In this document: positions 1-13,877 of the stretch, in pieces | Numbering within the stretch: the stretch's first letter is position 1 | Layout of the letters: every line of letters starts with the position of its first letter | From: Schizochytrium sp. TIO01 | Taxonomy: Eukaryota; Protista; Bigyra: Labyrinthulomycetes | Length of the DNA stretch: 64,000 nt | Reading direction: 5' to 3' | NCBI GenBank assembly: GCA_004764695.1 | Contig: SMSO01000025.1 | Coordinates: 2,604,001-2,668,000, forward strand | Notes under the pieces: generated by a model | Seen by the model: only the letters and a program-made list of their open reading frames with translations | Databases searched by the model: none | Told to the model about the DNA's origin: nothing | Translations under genes and position numbers: made by a program

Positions 1-3000
1 TTAGCTCATGGAAACTGAGCCAACGACGTTGATCATAGGCCACCTGACCTTGGCATCCTGAGAGAACTAAGCCTCTCAGAGTCAACCAAGGGATATGCCG
101 AGCAAATTCATATTTTCCTCAACAAGTCGGGAGCTTGGGTGAAACAATTATTTGGGTTAAATTAAAAATGGTTTTCAATTATTTTAAAAAATCAGTCTGG
201 CTAGGCTAGCTTCTGGTAAAAAAATTACACTAAATACCTACATTACTTGCTAATAGTTCACTACGAATCTAATTGTTTTACAGAACGTCTTTTTTCTTGA
301 AAACGGCGAACTAGCATATTTGCAAAATACGTAAGACAACAACATAGACAAAGCTACGCAACCCATTTTACTACTTCGTCCACCATAAATGCCAAGCGCT
401 CAGCCATATCTGAGTCACGGTCTATGGCTCCAGGTACACGAAAGGCTTTCTTCACGATAGCCACTCTGTTGTCTTCTTTAATTTCGGCGAAACATCCCAG
501 AAGACTAATTTTTCCAGCGCGATCCCCAATACCTTCATGCCAATCCAGAATAAACTCGAGTTCATGAGTCTCGAAACATTCCTCGCTCCTTCAACTTCTC
601 GCCGCCTGCTCTTCAAGCCCCCCGCCCCCAAGATACCAAGTAGCCCTGCCTAGCTAGCTAGGTACCTAGACATCAGTCAGTGCCTTTTGCAATCTATCTC
701 CAATCCCGAAAGGGACGGTTGCCCTGGGTCCCAAACGGCACGCAAGTTGGAACCTTGGCATACGTGGATTACGTAATCTGGTAGTTCGTTAGGAGGTGCT
801 ATGGTAAAGGCTAGGAAGGCGCGAGCACTTGGAAAAGATTTGCTGTATTTTTCGGGCATTATCATCACTCGCATATTGCTCGGACTCGGCTCGGGCTCGG
901 GTCGGCTCGGAACGGAGCTCCATCCTCCAAGTTTTGCGGTTGGCGGTCTGAGATCAATGCAGTTTGCACCACCGGCGATTTGATGGCCTAATCTCCAGCG
1001 AAAGCCTGAGCTCGGGCGTCGAATGACATCGAATGACATCGAATGTCATCGATTCTAAAGGCGATTCTAAAGGCGCTTCAAGATGTAAGTGTCCAGGCAA
1101 ATTATTTGCGTGCACGCTAACTAAACTAACCTGTGTTATAAAAACGAAGGCGTCTCTGCTGTTTAAAGGTGGGAAGTGCTCTCGTGTATCTCAACCAACA
1201 TTCATTCATTCATTCATCCATGGACGGACAGCCTTACGCTTGCTTCTCTAAAGTGATGATGAATGTGCACGAGCCAAAGGAAGGTCAGCTCCCGACGGTG
1301 GCCCGAGGAGGGTAAACGTGTGTAATGCGTGGGCAAAGTGGCATGCCTGATGCTGCTTTGATCGACCGAACAGTGCGAGTTCTCTGCTTCGATCTGCAGG
1401 CTGGCTCTGTATGTATGATTGCGATGGCTTTGATTGCAGTTTCTTTTTGTTTCCATAGTTAACTTTTGTCAGTTTGAAAGGAAGAGTAACTAAAGTTTGT
1501 TTACTGCTCGAAAAAATTAATTAATGAAAATTGGTGTAGCTACCATTAATTGTGACTCTAGCTAGCTAGATACCTTTTTTAATATTAAATATTTAAAAGA
1601 GAGGGTAATAGTGATAATGAGATTAAAACATGGTTTTCATTTTAATTTCAGGAGGAAAAAAAAGTGAGAGGCAAAAAGAGGAGAGGACAGAGAATTAGAG
1701 AAAACACAATCAGTGGTATCTCGCGTTGTTGTTATTGGCACACCAATGAAATAGACTAACCTTTGATTAATCATGCCTGTAAAGTGCGTAGGATGCCGCA
1801 TTGGGTAGTTAGTCAGATTTGGCTATTAGCTACAAGCGATTTACCAAATATAAATTAGAGCACCCTCAAAATGCAGTTTTGGACAATCTGGCAATGTCCA
1901 AATTCAACTGGCTGTTTGTCGATTCTGAATCGGGAAATGGCACTCGATTCAAAATAATCTTCTTTATTCTGTAACCTTGAATTACCTTTTTTCCCCTATC
2001 AATTTATGTTCTTGAATAACTGAAAAGAGAAAATCAAGTACAAGATGTGTCCTATCATTGCCTGCATTATGATTTCTTTTCTAGACAGATACAAGATCCT
2101 GTGATCTATCATAAGATTGCTTGTAGTACACACTGTAAATAACTGAGGAGCTAGCATTGTAGAAACGATGGTGGTGGCTATCTTGATTCTGTATCCTTGC
2201 ATTCGCATACTCTCATTTCGTACTTGTCGAAAAGCAACTTCGGAATCTTCATGACCGATGTATTCATAAGCCAGAGTCAGCTTCAAGTCCCATTCGTGGC
2301 TATCTAATCAGCGTTGCATTGAGGTTAAGTAGCACGCATTTTCATATTGAACTCATATATATGCGTTACTGGAGACATGAACAGCACAAAGCCTTCAACA
2401 CAATATCTTAAAACCTTCTCTCTAGCAAATATTCTGCAGGTCAAGACTTGGCACGTCCACAAAAGTATGTCAGCTACCAGAGGCTGCAGAAGAGCATGCC
2501 TCTTTCGCTCCGCGATGTAGGTAATGACGATTTCGCCCTCAGCCTGGGGGTTGTTCGTCCTCAAGAAGGTACTGGTGAGCCAACAAGAGTCCAACTTGAG
2601 CACACAGGTCAGTTACCTTTTTTAACTTTTAATTTAAAAGTTTCAATTTATAAGTTATAAATTATAAATCATTTTAAACTTTAATCAAATATTTTAGTTT
2701 TAAATCTATATAGAAATAGACGTACCTAAATCCTAATTCTGAGCACCTCGCCTAGTTCATTCATAAACCCATTCAAGAAACCAAATGATCGTGCCAAGTG
2801 AAGAAATCTTGCGCATTTTGTCATTTTAAGCCTCCGGCGCCTTTGATGCACGTGTCACGACTCTTGGTTTATTTGGGTGGGCCTCATGAATAAGCATGCA
2901 TGCAAGCAAGCAAGCACCTCGTCAGCGCTTCTCAGTGAGTGACGCGGCGTTTTCTCTCGGCGACAAGACTAAAAGAAAGGCCCCTCTTTACAAAAGGCCC

Positions 3001-4146
3001 GCTCCAGCGCCTTTTGTGCCTTGTCCGACGGAGAACCATTGCGGAATTTGCAGCAAAATCCAAACTTAAGGTGAGTGCCCGGATATTAAGGTGGTTGGCC
3101 AGACCCGGCAAACGGCCGAACGGTCTCCACGATGATCCAAAAGGAGCGGCTTATTATGAAACAATGAATGAATGAATGAATGTTTGTTTGCATTCTTGCC
3201 TGGAGCGGAGAGGAAACCAGGTAGACAGCTATGGAATTAAATAATTATCTGCGTACGATGCAAGAGCCATCCATCCATCATCAGAGCCTGTCTAAACATG
3301 GGTTTGGCAGTCAGGTTTACTTCTATCTAGTTTTGATTGATTCTACAGACCTTTCCCAATTGTCAGTCTAAAATCAGGTTGAGACCAATCTTTTGTAAAC
3401 TACATTTCATAAAACGATGATGATAATGAGGTGAGTACACTACAGGTATGTATGTATGTATATATGTATGTATTGCCTTGGATGGGAAGCGGATCTTCGC
3501 ATGGAAAACCTTATTGGCCAGCTCTTTGAAGACCGGGGAAGACCTCACGAGTAGCCAGAGAAGCCTCGTTTCTGCGAGGAGGACCTCGGCTTGAACTGGG
3601 TTTCTTCTTTGTAGCTTTTTTCATTCATGATGACTGATTGCGGAGACCGCCTCGTCATCGCAAGTTTTTATGACGATCACTTACTTATAGGTAGACCCTC
3701 GGTCCTTCATTTTCCAAGTTCAAGTTTGGTAGAATTAATGATGTGATGCGGTTTAGCCTCTCACCATTCCATGAAATGCCATATCTCCCGGCTTTGGCTG
3801 TGCTTTGTTGGCGTTGATCGCTGTACTGCCAAGTTCACCGTCGTTTTGAAGGAATTGAAGATAGCTTTCCGCAGATTTATTGGCATGCACGAGGAATTGA
3901 TTCCTGAGTCACTTTCTTAAATACCTACCTTTTATTTATTGGTGATGAATAAGTGAATAAAAGATGAACATACAACTTGAAACATCAATCTAACAACTAA
4001 AAGTGTTAGATATTGCCTGTCATGACTTATTATGGAACCCGGTCATCGATAATAAGGAGGAAAGACGGAGCAATCTTATTTTTGAAGAACTCGGAGGAGG
4101 AAGAAACATGGGCGACGCAGAGCACGAAAGGCATCATCATTGTTGG

Positions 4147-4193
<47 letters not shown>

Positions 4194-4278
4194 GCAAATA
4201 GATATATAGATATATAGATTAATCAATCAATCAATCAATCAATCAATAAGCAAATAGATATATAGATATATAGATTAA
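4147..4278. repeat. Compound (TCAA)n microsatellite with a ~56-bp tandem duplication
   Basis: (TCAA)~11, then TAAGCAAATAGATATATAGATATATAGATTAA, then (TCAA)~6, then the same 32-mer again. Confidence 0.95.
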
Positions 4279-4567
4279 TCAATAAATCGATCAATCAGTA
4301 AATAAGTAAATAAATAAATCAGTGCTTCATCGTCGCTGGTTTGTCGTACCTCCTATCATTTACAACACACTTGCTGTCAGACCATGGCATGCGATGCGTG
4401 CAGCTTCGAGGATCGAATCTTTATATCAGTCAATTGGTGTGACAATACATCGATTCACATGGACCCAATCAGTCAATCGACGGCTAAACAATCTATCAAA
4501 CCCATCCATGACTAAGTCAAGTTTCGAGATCTATAACCAACAACTCTATTCCCTCTCTTTTCATTTC

Positions 4568-4568
4568 T

Positions 4569-4633
<65 letters not shown>
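4568..4633. repeat. (TTTC)n microsatellite
   Basis: Direct reading of about 16 TTTC units. Confidence 0.95.
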
Positions 4634-4636
<3 letters not shown>

Positions 4637-5775
4637 TTCTTAGTTTTTTCTTCTTTGCTCAAAGTTCTCAACCTCTTCAAGTTCCGCTCTGTAAAATCGC
4701 AACTAAATTCGCGATCCTTGAGACGAAAGGTGCCCATCTCCCTATTTACCCATCCGCTTATCCGTCCACCTGCATTGGAAAGCACCGCTCGTGTTTGCGT
4801 TTGCCTTTTTGTCTCCAAAGATTGCTCTCAAGTTCTTCGGGTTATTTTCTCTCTCGCGTCTCAGCATTTTTATTTTATTGTTTTATTGTTTTATTATTAT
4901 TTTATTATTATTTTTGGTTTGGTTGTTTGTTTGTTTGTTTGTTCTTCAGTCTCCTTCCTTCGCCTGCTTAATCGCAGTAAGTTTGACGGGCGTTTTTGCA
5001 GTTCCGTGTCGCTTTCGGGGCTTTGATGGACTGATTGATTGATGGATTGATTGATTGCGTGTTTGGAGGCGGCCTTTTGCTTGGGCAACAAAACGCAGAC
5101 AATGCCGCGACGATGAGGCGGTTTCAAAGATGGAGCCTCGGCCCCTCAACAAGCGAGCGAGGGCCCTTTTCACGAAGGATACAACGACAATTGGTTTACT
5201 TTCACTCGCATTTATTTGCTCTCGACTCGTATCAATTGCCAAAGTATTCAATTAAACTTTTGTGTATCTTTTCTTTTCTAATATTTTATAATATATTTGA
5301 GGATTAAATAAAAATTGATAATTGATAGTTTCATAGAAATGAATTTTGTTTGGCGTCAGTAAAAAGGAATTATAAAGTTGCTCATTCGTTTGTTTGTTTG
5401 TTTCTTTGTTTTGCTTACGATGTTTCTGTCCTTTCCTCGGCACTGAAAGAACTCCTCTCAAGAAAGCTCGAGTTTGCTCTATGGATCCGCTGGCGGCGGA
5501 AGAGACCGATGGGTTGACTGTGAACGAGTGATTGAGTGTCAAAAGCGTCGCCAGTAAGGATGGATTGAGGCCTTCTTCGCTTTTCAACCAGCTCATTTCA
5601 AGCTTATCCATTCCATCTTTTAACTTCGTTTCGAAGTTCTTTCTCTCTTGAAGGGGGAACTTGAAAGCTCTGGATTAAAATGGTTTTCTCTCTGTCCCTC
5701 TGTCTCTCTCTGTCTTTATCTCTGTCTCTCTTTCTCTCCCTTTTGTTTCTTCCCCTCAGAGGGGCACTATCTTCG

Positions 5776-5906
5776 GAAGAAAAGAAAAGAAAAGAAAAAG
5801 AAAAAGAAAAAGAAAAAGAAAAAGAAAAAGAAAAAGAAAAAGAAAAAGAAAAAGAAAAAGAAAAAGAAAAAGATAAGATAAAAAGAAAAGAATAGAAAAG
5901 AATAGA
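5776..5906. repeat. (GAAAA)n/(GAAAAA)n polypurine tract upstream of GAPDH
   Basis: About 130 nt almost purely A/G, ending ~120 nt before the GAPDH ATG. Preceded by a CT-rich tract at 5684-5755. Confidence 0.95.
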
Positions 5907-5943
5907 ATATCCGTCAAAGCAGCGGCGGGTCGAAGCAATCTGA

Positions 5944-7032
<1,089 letters not shown>

Positions 7033-8589
7033 GCGAAGGCGGGTGAAACACTCAGCGCATTCGCGCGATTGCTTGGATTGTCAAAACAATCTGTTTTCTT
7101 CAGTCAGCATAATCGTTGATCAGGCCTCTGTCTGTGCATTTCTCAGAACCAAGTGACATCCTTTAACGCGATGATGTCATTTTGATGAGGCAGTGGGCAA
7201 AGGACAGTGAGAGAACTCTTTTTCCAGAATCGTTGTGAATCTTTCTGATGAATGTCTTCATACAAGTCGTGCTCTTGATTTAACATGAGGAGAGGAATGA
7301 GTACACCTACGGAGACCCTAGATCTCGGCTGCTCCGCTGTTTTCCAATACTACTACTACTTCAAAATACTGCTTTTTTTAAACTTCAAAATTAATTTGCC
7401 AAACTTCCACACCCCACTTCATTTAATTCTTTGCCCGGTACATAGCATAGGTGCACCCTGACCAAGGGTTTACAAAGATTCCCTGACTTTTCTTGATTTT
7501 TTTTGTTGTGGTTGTGTATTAGCGTCCAAATTAAACTGAAAGGATAGTGTTCTGACTCATCTGCCTCTTTAGTCGCTCTAAACGTTGCTTGAGGTTAATT
7601 ATACTAATTGGAGACCTTCCTTTTTACTACATTCAATCCACATGTTTCCTGAGAGCGAGACTATTGAATACTTATAAATATGTATAACATCGTCTTTTCC
7701 ATTGGTTCGAGAAACATTATTTACTCACTGAAGAGATGATAGAGACCTTATGGTAGAGGAGTCGTGAGCGGGCGGTTAAAAGACGTCGCTAAGCGATGCA
7801 TCGACAACATGCCTTGTAAGATTCATCCATTATAGCCTATACTGCATTGCAATGGTTTTGGGGAGGAAAAAGTTGACAATCACAAAGTTTATAAGAAACT
7901 CTTAGTACTCTTCAAGAGTCACTCCAAGGGTCAATCCAAAGCTTACCATCTAGCGGCGGTCCACAGTGAAAAGTGTTCTTTGCAAATGATGCTCTCATCA
8001 ACTTAAAAGGTTGATGAGGTATCCCCAAAATTCATTCTAGTACCCTATGCAATTGATGAAACAAGATTTACTGCAATTGTTGAGGAATAGGCCTAGAATT
8101 AATTGTTTTGATCAAGAATTGAGTTAGTACCCTGGCCTCCAACTAGTGAGACTACTTCTGCAAAACTCCAGTTACGCAGTACTTGTTCCGGTAATCCCCG
8201 CCACCTACCTAGGCAGGGGTTGACTTCGGACCTCGTGTATTCTCTCAATCCCATATCTTGCTATCTCTGGGTAACATTGCGACTCATACTTTTGCCTAAC
8301 TACCCTATCCATTTATATAGAACGATGGAACAACGACGACCACAGAGACCTTCTGTATGCATGCATTACACTATAGAGTATACAAATAGGCGTGTTTATA
8401 CCTACTACTGGTTATAAGTATAGTTCACTGTGTGGTAGGGAAAAAGTGGTAATAGTAAGTAGCAGTAGTACTTGTTAGGCATGGGTGAATGAATCGATTT
8501 AAATCATTGATCGATCAGTCGAGTCGTTGATCACATCATACCAAATCAAATCGCTCAGGATCACAGTTGGTTGCGTGGCGATCTTGAAG

Positions 8590-10830
8590 ATGGAGCTGAG
8601 CCTGGTGCCGACCGAGCCGACGGGCAGGCGGGCCAAGGCTTTCACAGGCTTCCGATGGGGGCGCGGCGATGAGCTTGTGGTCTTTAGGACACAGATTCAT
8701 GCGAGGCCCTCCAAAGAGCAGCGCGAAGAAGCGCTAGCGAGAGCGGTGCTGGACGATGGCGAGGACGACAACAGCCACGAAGACCAAAACGGAGGCTCTG
8801 GTAACTATGGAGAGCATGCAAAGGAGCTCGGCCCTGTGCCAATTGAAACCATCTCGTGGGATCAAATCCCAGCACAGATGCGGAGACTTGTGGCGATCGG
8901 GCAACGCGAATTTGAGGCTCTTCAGGAGCCGAATGCGGATGTTATCGCTTGCAGTAGAAACCTTAGAAAGGCTCTGGACAGATCAGTTTCTCTGCTCGAG
9001 GCTTCAGTGGGAGACAATGAGGATGACCCGAGGGCTGGATATCTGGAAAAGATGAAAGATGCCACCGCAGCATGGCACCTCACAGAGCTTCTGATTTTGG
9101 ACCAGGGGCCGCTCGTAGCGAGCGACTTTGTGTCATGGGTGGCGCAACATGGCCCCTCGAGGGATCCAGCTGGAGAACTTGATGTAAAAAACCGTGGCAC
9201 ACAATCAGAGTACTTTTGGAGCGAAGTTATCTCTTGCACGTTTCGTGGAGATCTCCTCGCTGCGTGGCGGTGTCTACGATTACTTGAACCTGAACAAATT
9301 CACTCAGAAGAAGATCAAGACCTCGTTCGTATGTTAGATGAATTGAGGGCACTTCTCTTGGCCATGCCTCGCCGTGCCGTATATGGCGCAGACCACGACA
9401 ACGCTGCCGATGATCAAGACGTGCTCCGTGACGACGATTACGAGCTGTGGAAAAGCGCTGAGATGGATGCTGATCCTGACAGCCTCGTTGATTTCAAGGC
9501 TCGTTCAATGCGGTGGAAAATGGCCATGCAAGAGTTTGTCCGTGATAACCGTGTCAAAATTCTTCAGGTTGGACCCGGTCTTGGAAAGATGCTTGCTCTG
9601 ATTTGTGGCGATGTTGATGAGGCCATCCAGCAGATTGACTCTCAAAAGAACTCCTGGCTTCACCTCGTCGCATGCTTACTTTTGTACCATGTCACAGCAG
9701 CTCGCAAAGATGAACTTAACACCCTGGTCGGTCAATGCATTGACGCTCTAGATATTGAAAAGGACGAGAGAGTAAACCTCTTGCTCTCCGTCGTAGACAT
9801 GAATTCCCCAGAAATTCTCCAACAACTTCAAAGTTTTGTGGGAGATAAATGGGTGACAGCGCACCTTGCCGAGCTTCTGACTCGTGCTGGCGCACTTGAA
9901 ACTGTTATGCAACCCAGCAATGCAGAGCAATCCGACTTTATTGATGACGATGCCTTTTTGCTAGGAAGCCTCGAAGTGGATCTGCGTGAATACTTTTTGC
10001 TGGACTATGCAATGAATCTTGGTCTTGGTGGCCACCAAAGTATTCGAAACTCTCTTATACCAGGCACCTGGCGTCTCACGGCGACCTATTTGGGTTCACT
10101 CAAGCGAGAAATTGAAATTCCGCCACATTTTGCTGTCCAACTCGGCCGATTGCACATGGAAACTATCATTAATCTCCAGCGGCCAGTCTCAGATCGTTTC
10201 TGTCACAGGCTAGCCTCAGGCTGCAACATGTTGGATATTGACCCGTCTTCTTTTATTCGTCAACGCATGATGTACTGGTGGCACTTTAACGGTGGAATCC
10301 ACAATGGTTTGCAAGGTATGTCAAATGCCTTAGTCTGGGCTTCGAAATACGGTGAACATCGCTTTGCAGAACGCATGCTTTCCACACTTTTTGCTACGTC
10401 CCAAATTGACATTCTCGATTCACTAGTCAATCATTTAGCAGCTAGTCAGCAACTCACGCAAACGTTGTCCGCAGACGCTCTTGAATTTCTCGCGAGGTAT
10501 CGCTCTCTTTTGGAGACTATGGGAAGGGGGCCCGACTATGACCACGCCGATGTGTCCAGAGCATGTGAGCAGCTGGCCGAGTCTTTCGCAGCAAACCTTG
10601 TGCCCCGCGCATTCTATTTGCCGTTGTTGAAAAAGGTATTGTATGCCAGAACGCAACGGCCTCACCTTAATGCGGCAGACGCTTCCACTCTCTTGGCAGC
10701 GCTTGAGGAGGTTGAAATTGCACACGATCGAGACACCCTGCTAAGTGGTATTGAAACTGAAGAGCTTGCTGAACTTCGAATTATGCTAATTCAGGTTATG
10801 GCGCTCTCGCCCATTGTCGCGGGGCACTAA
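8590..10830 (+). CDS. NUP85: Nuclear pore complex protein Nup85-like
   Basis: Helical protein with Nup85-like motifs AWHLTELL, YFW..V....RG, WVTAHLAELL, LREYFLLDYA and W.L...YL. First ATG at 8590; the ORF track starts at an upstream TTG. Confidence 0.8.
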   Translation: MELSLVPTEPTGRRAKAFTGFRWGRGDELVVFRTQIHARPSKEQREEALARAVLDDGEDDNSHEDQNGGSGNYGEHAKELGPVPIETISWDQIPAQMRRLVAIGQREFEALQEPNADVIACSRNLRKALDRSVSLLEASVGDNEDDPRAGYLEKMKDATAAWHLTELLILDQGPLVASDFVSWVAQHGPSRDPAGELDVKNRGTQSEYFWSEVISCTFRGDLLAAWRCLRLLEPEQIHSEEDQDLVRMLDELRALLLAMPRRAVYGADHDNAADDQDVLRDDDYELWKSAEMDADPDSLVDFKARSMRWKMAMQEFVRDNRVKILQVGPGLGKMLALICGDVDEAIQQIDSQKNSWLHLVACLLLYHVTAARKDELNTLVGQCIDALDIEKDERVNLLLSVVDMNSPEILQQLQSFVGDKWVTAHLAELLTRAGALETVMQPSNAEQSDFIDDDAFLLGSLEVDLREYFLLDYAMNLGLGGHQSIRNSLIPGTWRLTATYLGSLKREIEIPPHFAVQLGRLHMETIINLQRPVSDRFCHRLASGCNMLDIDPSSFIRQRMMYWWHFNGGIHNGLQGMSNALVWASKYGEHRFAERMLSTLFATSQIDILDSLVNHLAASQQLTQTLSADALEFLARYRSLLETMGRGPDYDHADVSRACEQLAESFAANLVPRAFYLPLLKKVLYARTQRPHLNAADASTLLAALEEVEIAHDRDTLLSGIETEELAELRIMLIQVMALSPIVAGH

Positions 10831-11483
10831 ACAAATATGTTGACTATCTCACTTTCCATCACTCTTATAGCTGTTTGTTAGAGCTGCATCTTCTCTGTAA
10901 CGCGTTAAACCTTATCGCTTCATCTTTTTCTTTTAAAAGCTTCAAAACGTTTTGTTAGTCAGCTCATTGTGTTGCTTCAGAGGAAGAAATGTCCGAATCT
11001 AACATGTTTAGTTGCCTCTCCAGGTAATAAGAATTGAGTCATAAATTGTTAACCAATAAGAACTACAAATTCTGCTAAATAAGGAAAGCGTCATACACAA
11101 CAGCACCATCTAGAGCAAATCCTCGTTGGCATGTAGACCCGCAGGACACAAAGAGATCTTCATGGTAGAATATGGAGACTCACCAAAGGTAAGCAAGATA
11201 TCCTCGATGAGAAGTTTTTACTGCTGCGATTCTTGTGGGTGTGGCAATTTTAAAAACCTAGGCTGCAGAAAAGGCAGATATCAAATCTTGACTTTGTTTA
11301 GAAGTTATAGAATTTATCAAAAGAAGCTAATAAAATGCATACTGGCATGTATGCAAATAATCAATTACCTAGAATATGGTTGCACTTAGTCTGAATCATG
11401 AATTATAAATCCAAGTCTAAGTCAAAATAACAGTATGAAAGAAAATCACTTAAGTTCTCACTAGAACCAGGTTTCCTAATCTT

Positions 11484-13187
11484 TTACCATACCTGAGCAA
11501 GCCCGTTCTCAAGTTTAGGAACAGTATGAAAACGGGTATGCAGCATTCTCCTACTCTTTGCCGAATATGGTTCATCACTGACCCAATTCTTATATACAAG
11601 ACCGACACGAGGATTCTCAAGTGGTGACCGCAGCTCACGAGAATGAAAAAATTGATCGACATTTGCGAGACGATCACGCTGCCCAGCAGCTTCGTTTACA
11701 AAAACGCCTTCACTTGTTGTTTCTTTTGGAGGTCGAACCTGACCACCACCATTCAAACAACCAGAGGGACAGGCCATGATCTCAACGTAATCATACTTGC
11801 ATTTTCCACGCTTCAGCTGGCGAATGATGTGTTGAATATTGCGAAATCCATATGCGCTCGCAAAGCAAAGTGCTGGCTTCCCTTGAACATGAAGCTCTAC
11901 CGTACGAATATCAGCATTTCGGCCTTGCTTAAATGGTAGTGGGCCATTAGGAACATCAACATTGAAGAGTTCTTTAGCTGCAGAACGGAAAATAAAATCC
12001 AAGTAACCGCCAGATCCACCGTCCGATGCACTGGCCCCAACAATAGAAGCATCTGCCAGGGAAGACAAAGTATTCTCCAAGGCCTGTACAGCCTCAGGCG
12101 ATGAGGGAAGTACGGCAGGTGCACTTTCTGCAAAAGATGAAAATACATCGGAGTCTGCGTTCATCATCTCGGCAAGTTCCGTCGTAGTAAGAACTACATC
12201 CACATCTCGTGCGTTGGCTTGGGCATGGTAGAAATCATTTCGAGACGCCTCCAGTTTCTTATCTGCGCATGGCATCACAGTAGCATGGAGAATACGACTT
12301 GCAGGAATGTTGCACTCCCGACTGACAAGATCTTTGATAAGGGAGCCAGCAATCTGCTGGGGCGACTTTGTTGTGGAGATAAACGGAATCGCTTCTGGGC
12401 ATGACTTCTCGGCGTAGCAAATCCATCCTGGGCAAGCCGAAGCAATTAGTGGAGTCATGTCTCCCGGAGCAACCTCTCCACCGTGCTCGATAATCTGAGG
12501 ATCAGGGCTGTTAGGGTCAAGCTTTGTGCTTGTAGAGCTCACCGCAGCACTGGTAGGTGGGGCTTGCCACGGTAGCTTGACTTGCCCTGCGGCACGGCGT
12601 GCCTGCTGGGCCTTGAAGCGATGGATGAACTCTCGCGACTGCTCAACGAGAGCTAGGTCTCCAGCCAAAGTTGCATCCAGTACGAAGCTCACACGTTTCC
12701 GCTTACGCAGAAAATTTGATATGCGCTGTTGCATCTCAGAGGCGCTGGCGGCCTCAAAGTGTACAGCGAGCGAAGCCCTTGATTGGCTCGAAAGGGTCAC
12801 GACGACAGCATCGTAGTCTCCAGATGCAATCTTACGCTCAAACTCGTCAGCGCTCTGCTGTTCGATAAGAACAGTTTCTGCAGATGTAACGCAGCCGCTG
12901 CACGCTAAACAATCGCTCAAAGATACCTTCGCGGTTTTCTTGTCTGAGGTTTTGATGAGATCTGGTGCACTTGGAGCTGGAGTTGGAGGTGCCATTTCAA
13001 AGTCCATGGCACTCCCAAAGTCATTTTCCAGCTGCAATCCGATTTTAGGCAGACCCACGCTTTCGGAATTTTGTGCTTCATTAGAACCGGGCTTGTCCCC
13101 CGCGAAGATTGGGTTTACGCAGGCCTGTGAAGGCGAAATGAAATCGTTCAGATCACCCAACATCACTGAGCTCGCAAAGTTAGACAT
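11484..13187 (-). CDS. NAR1: Cytosolic Fe-S cluster assembly factor Nar1/CIAO3 (hydrogenase-like)
   Basis: DLNDFISPSQAC N-terminus, DCLACSGCVTSAE, SACPGWICYAEK, KSPQQI, MPCADKKLEASR, EIMACPSGCLNGGGQ and a C-terminal Trp. Confidence 0.97.
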   Translation of the reverse strand: MSNFASSVMLGDLNDFISPSQACVNPIFAGDKPGSNEAQNSESVGLPKIGLQLENDFGSAMDFEMAPPTPAPSAPDLIKTSDKKTAKVSLSDCLACSGCVTSAETVLIEQQSADEFERKIASGDYDAVVVTLSSQSRASLAVHFEAASASEMQQRISNFLRKRKRVSFVLDATLAGDLALVEQSREFIHRFKAQQARRAAGQVKLPWQAPPTSAAVSSTSTKLDPNSPDPQIIEHGGEVAPGDMTPLIASACPGWICYAEKSCPEAIPFISTTKSPQQIAGSLIKDLVSRECNIPASRILHATVMPCADKKLEASRNDFYHAQANARDVDVVLTTTELAEMMNADSDVFSSFAESAPAVLPSSPEAVQALENTLSSLADASIVGASASDGGSGGYLDFIFRSAAKELFNVDVPNGPLPFKQGRNADIRTVELHVQGKPALCFASAYGFRNIQHIIRQLKRGKCKYDYVEIMACPSGCLNGGGQVRPPKETTSEGVFVNEAAGQRDRLANVDQFFHSRELRSPLENPRVGLVYKNWVSDEPYSAKSRRMLHTRFHTVPKLENGLAQVW

Positions 13188-13877
13188 CTTGCTCGAGGAC
13201 GGGGGGAGGGGGGGGGGGGGCTTTGCCCACCAACGAGCTAGAGTCCAAAGTACACCACCACCACACGCGCAAGTCTCTCTCAGAACCTGCCTTCAGTGAT
13301 TGCAGCAGGCAAAGCTTCGGGTCCGCGATGCAGTTCTGCCGTCTCGTGCGCCAGTCAAGTCACTTTTTAATGGGTAGACCACTTCACTTTTAGTAGGATA
13401 ATAGGTGTAATCTCCCTTTAGAACAATCTATGAAAGAGCGTCATCTCGGAAGGACCAGTCCTATAGTATCTACTATCTGCTCATTATGAACAGAACTAAA
13501 CATGAAATGCAGATGCTTGAGATAACTCATCAATCTGGGCTTATTTAACAAGACATTTAGTCTTACAGACCACGCAGCAATAGTTTTAGATAGAACAAAA
13601 ACATTTCCTACGGCTTTTAGTGCATCTTGCTTTGTACCTTGAGCATGGAAAAGAAGATCTTTGCTCCAAAGAGAGTGAGAAGTGAATGAGTGTTTATGGT
13701 TTAAACAACTACTACAAGAAGTTGATATCTATATGTTATTTTGTGAGGGAAGTATTGGCTGGCTGTAGTATGTGGAATCTAAAAAGTATCATTTGAAAAT
13801 TCTATTGTTCCTAAAATAGTAGTATAAGACACGGCAGCTTCCAAGTAAAGAGTAATATAGTATATTCTTATAGATGT

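Noticed and set aside
350-3900. Coding-like fragments (minus 354-590, plus 2440-2607 with AG/GT ends, minus 3460-3880)
   Set aside because: They are short, interrupted by stops and have no recognisable family. They may be decayed genes but cannot be supported without a homology search.
11484-13187. Possible [FeFe]-hydrogenase
   Set aside because: It has SACPGW rather than the hydrogenase TSCCPxW motif, plus the Nar1-type N-terminus and terminal Trp, so it is a CIA factor.
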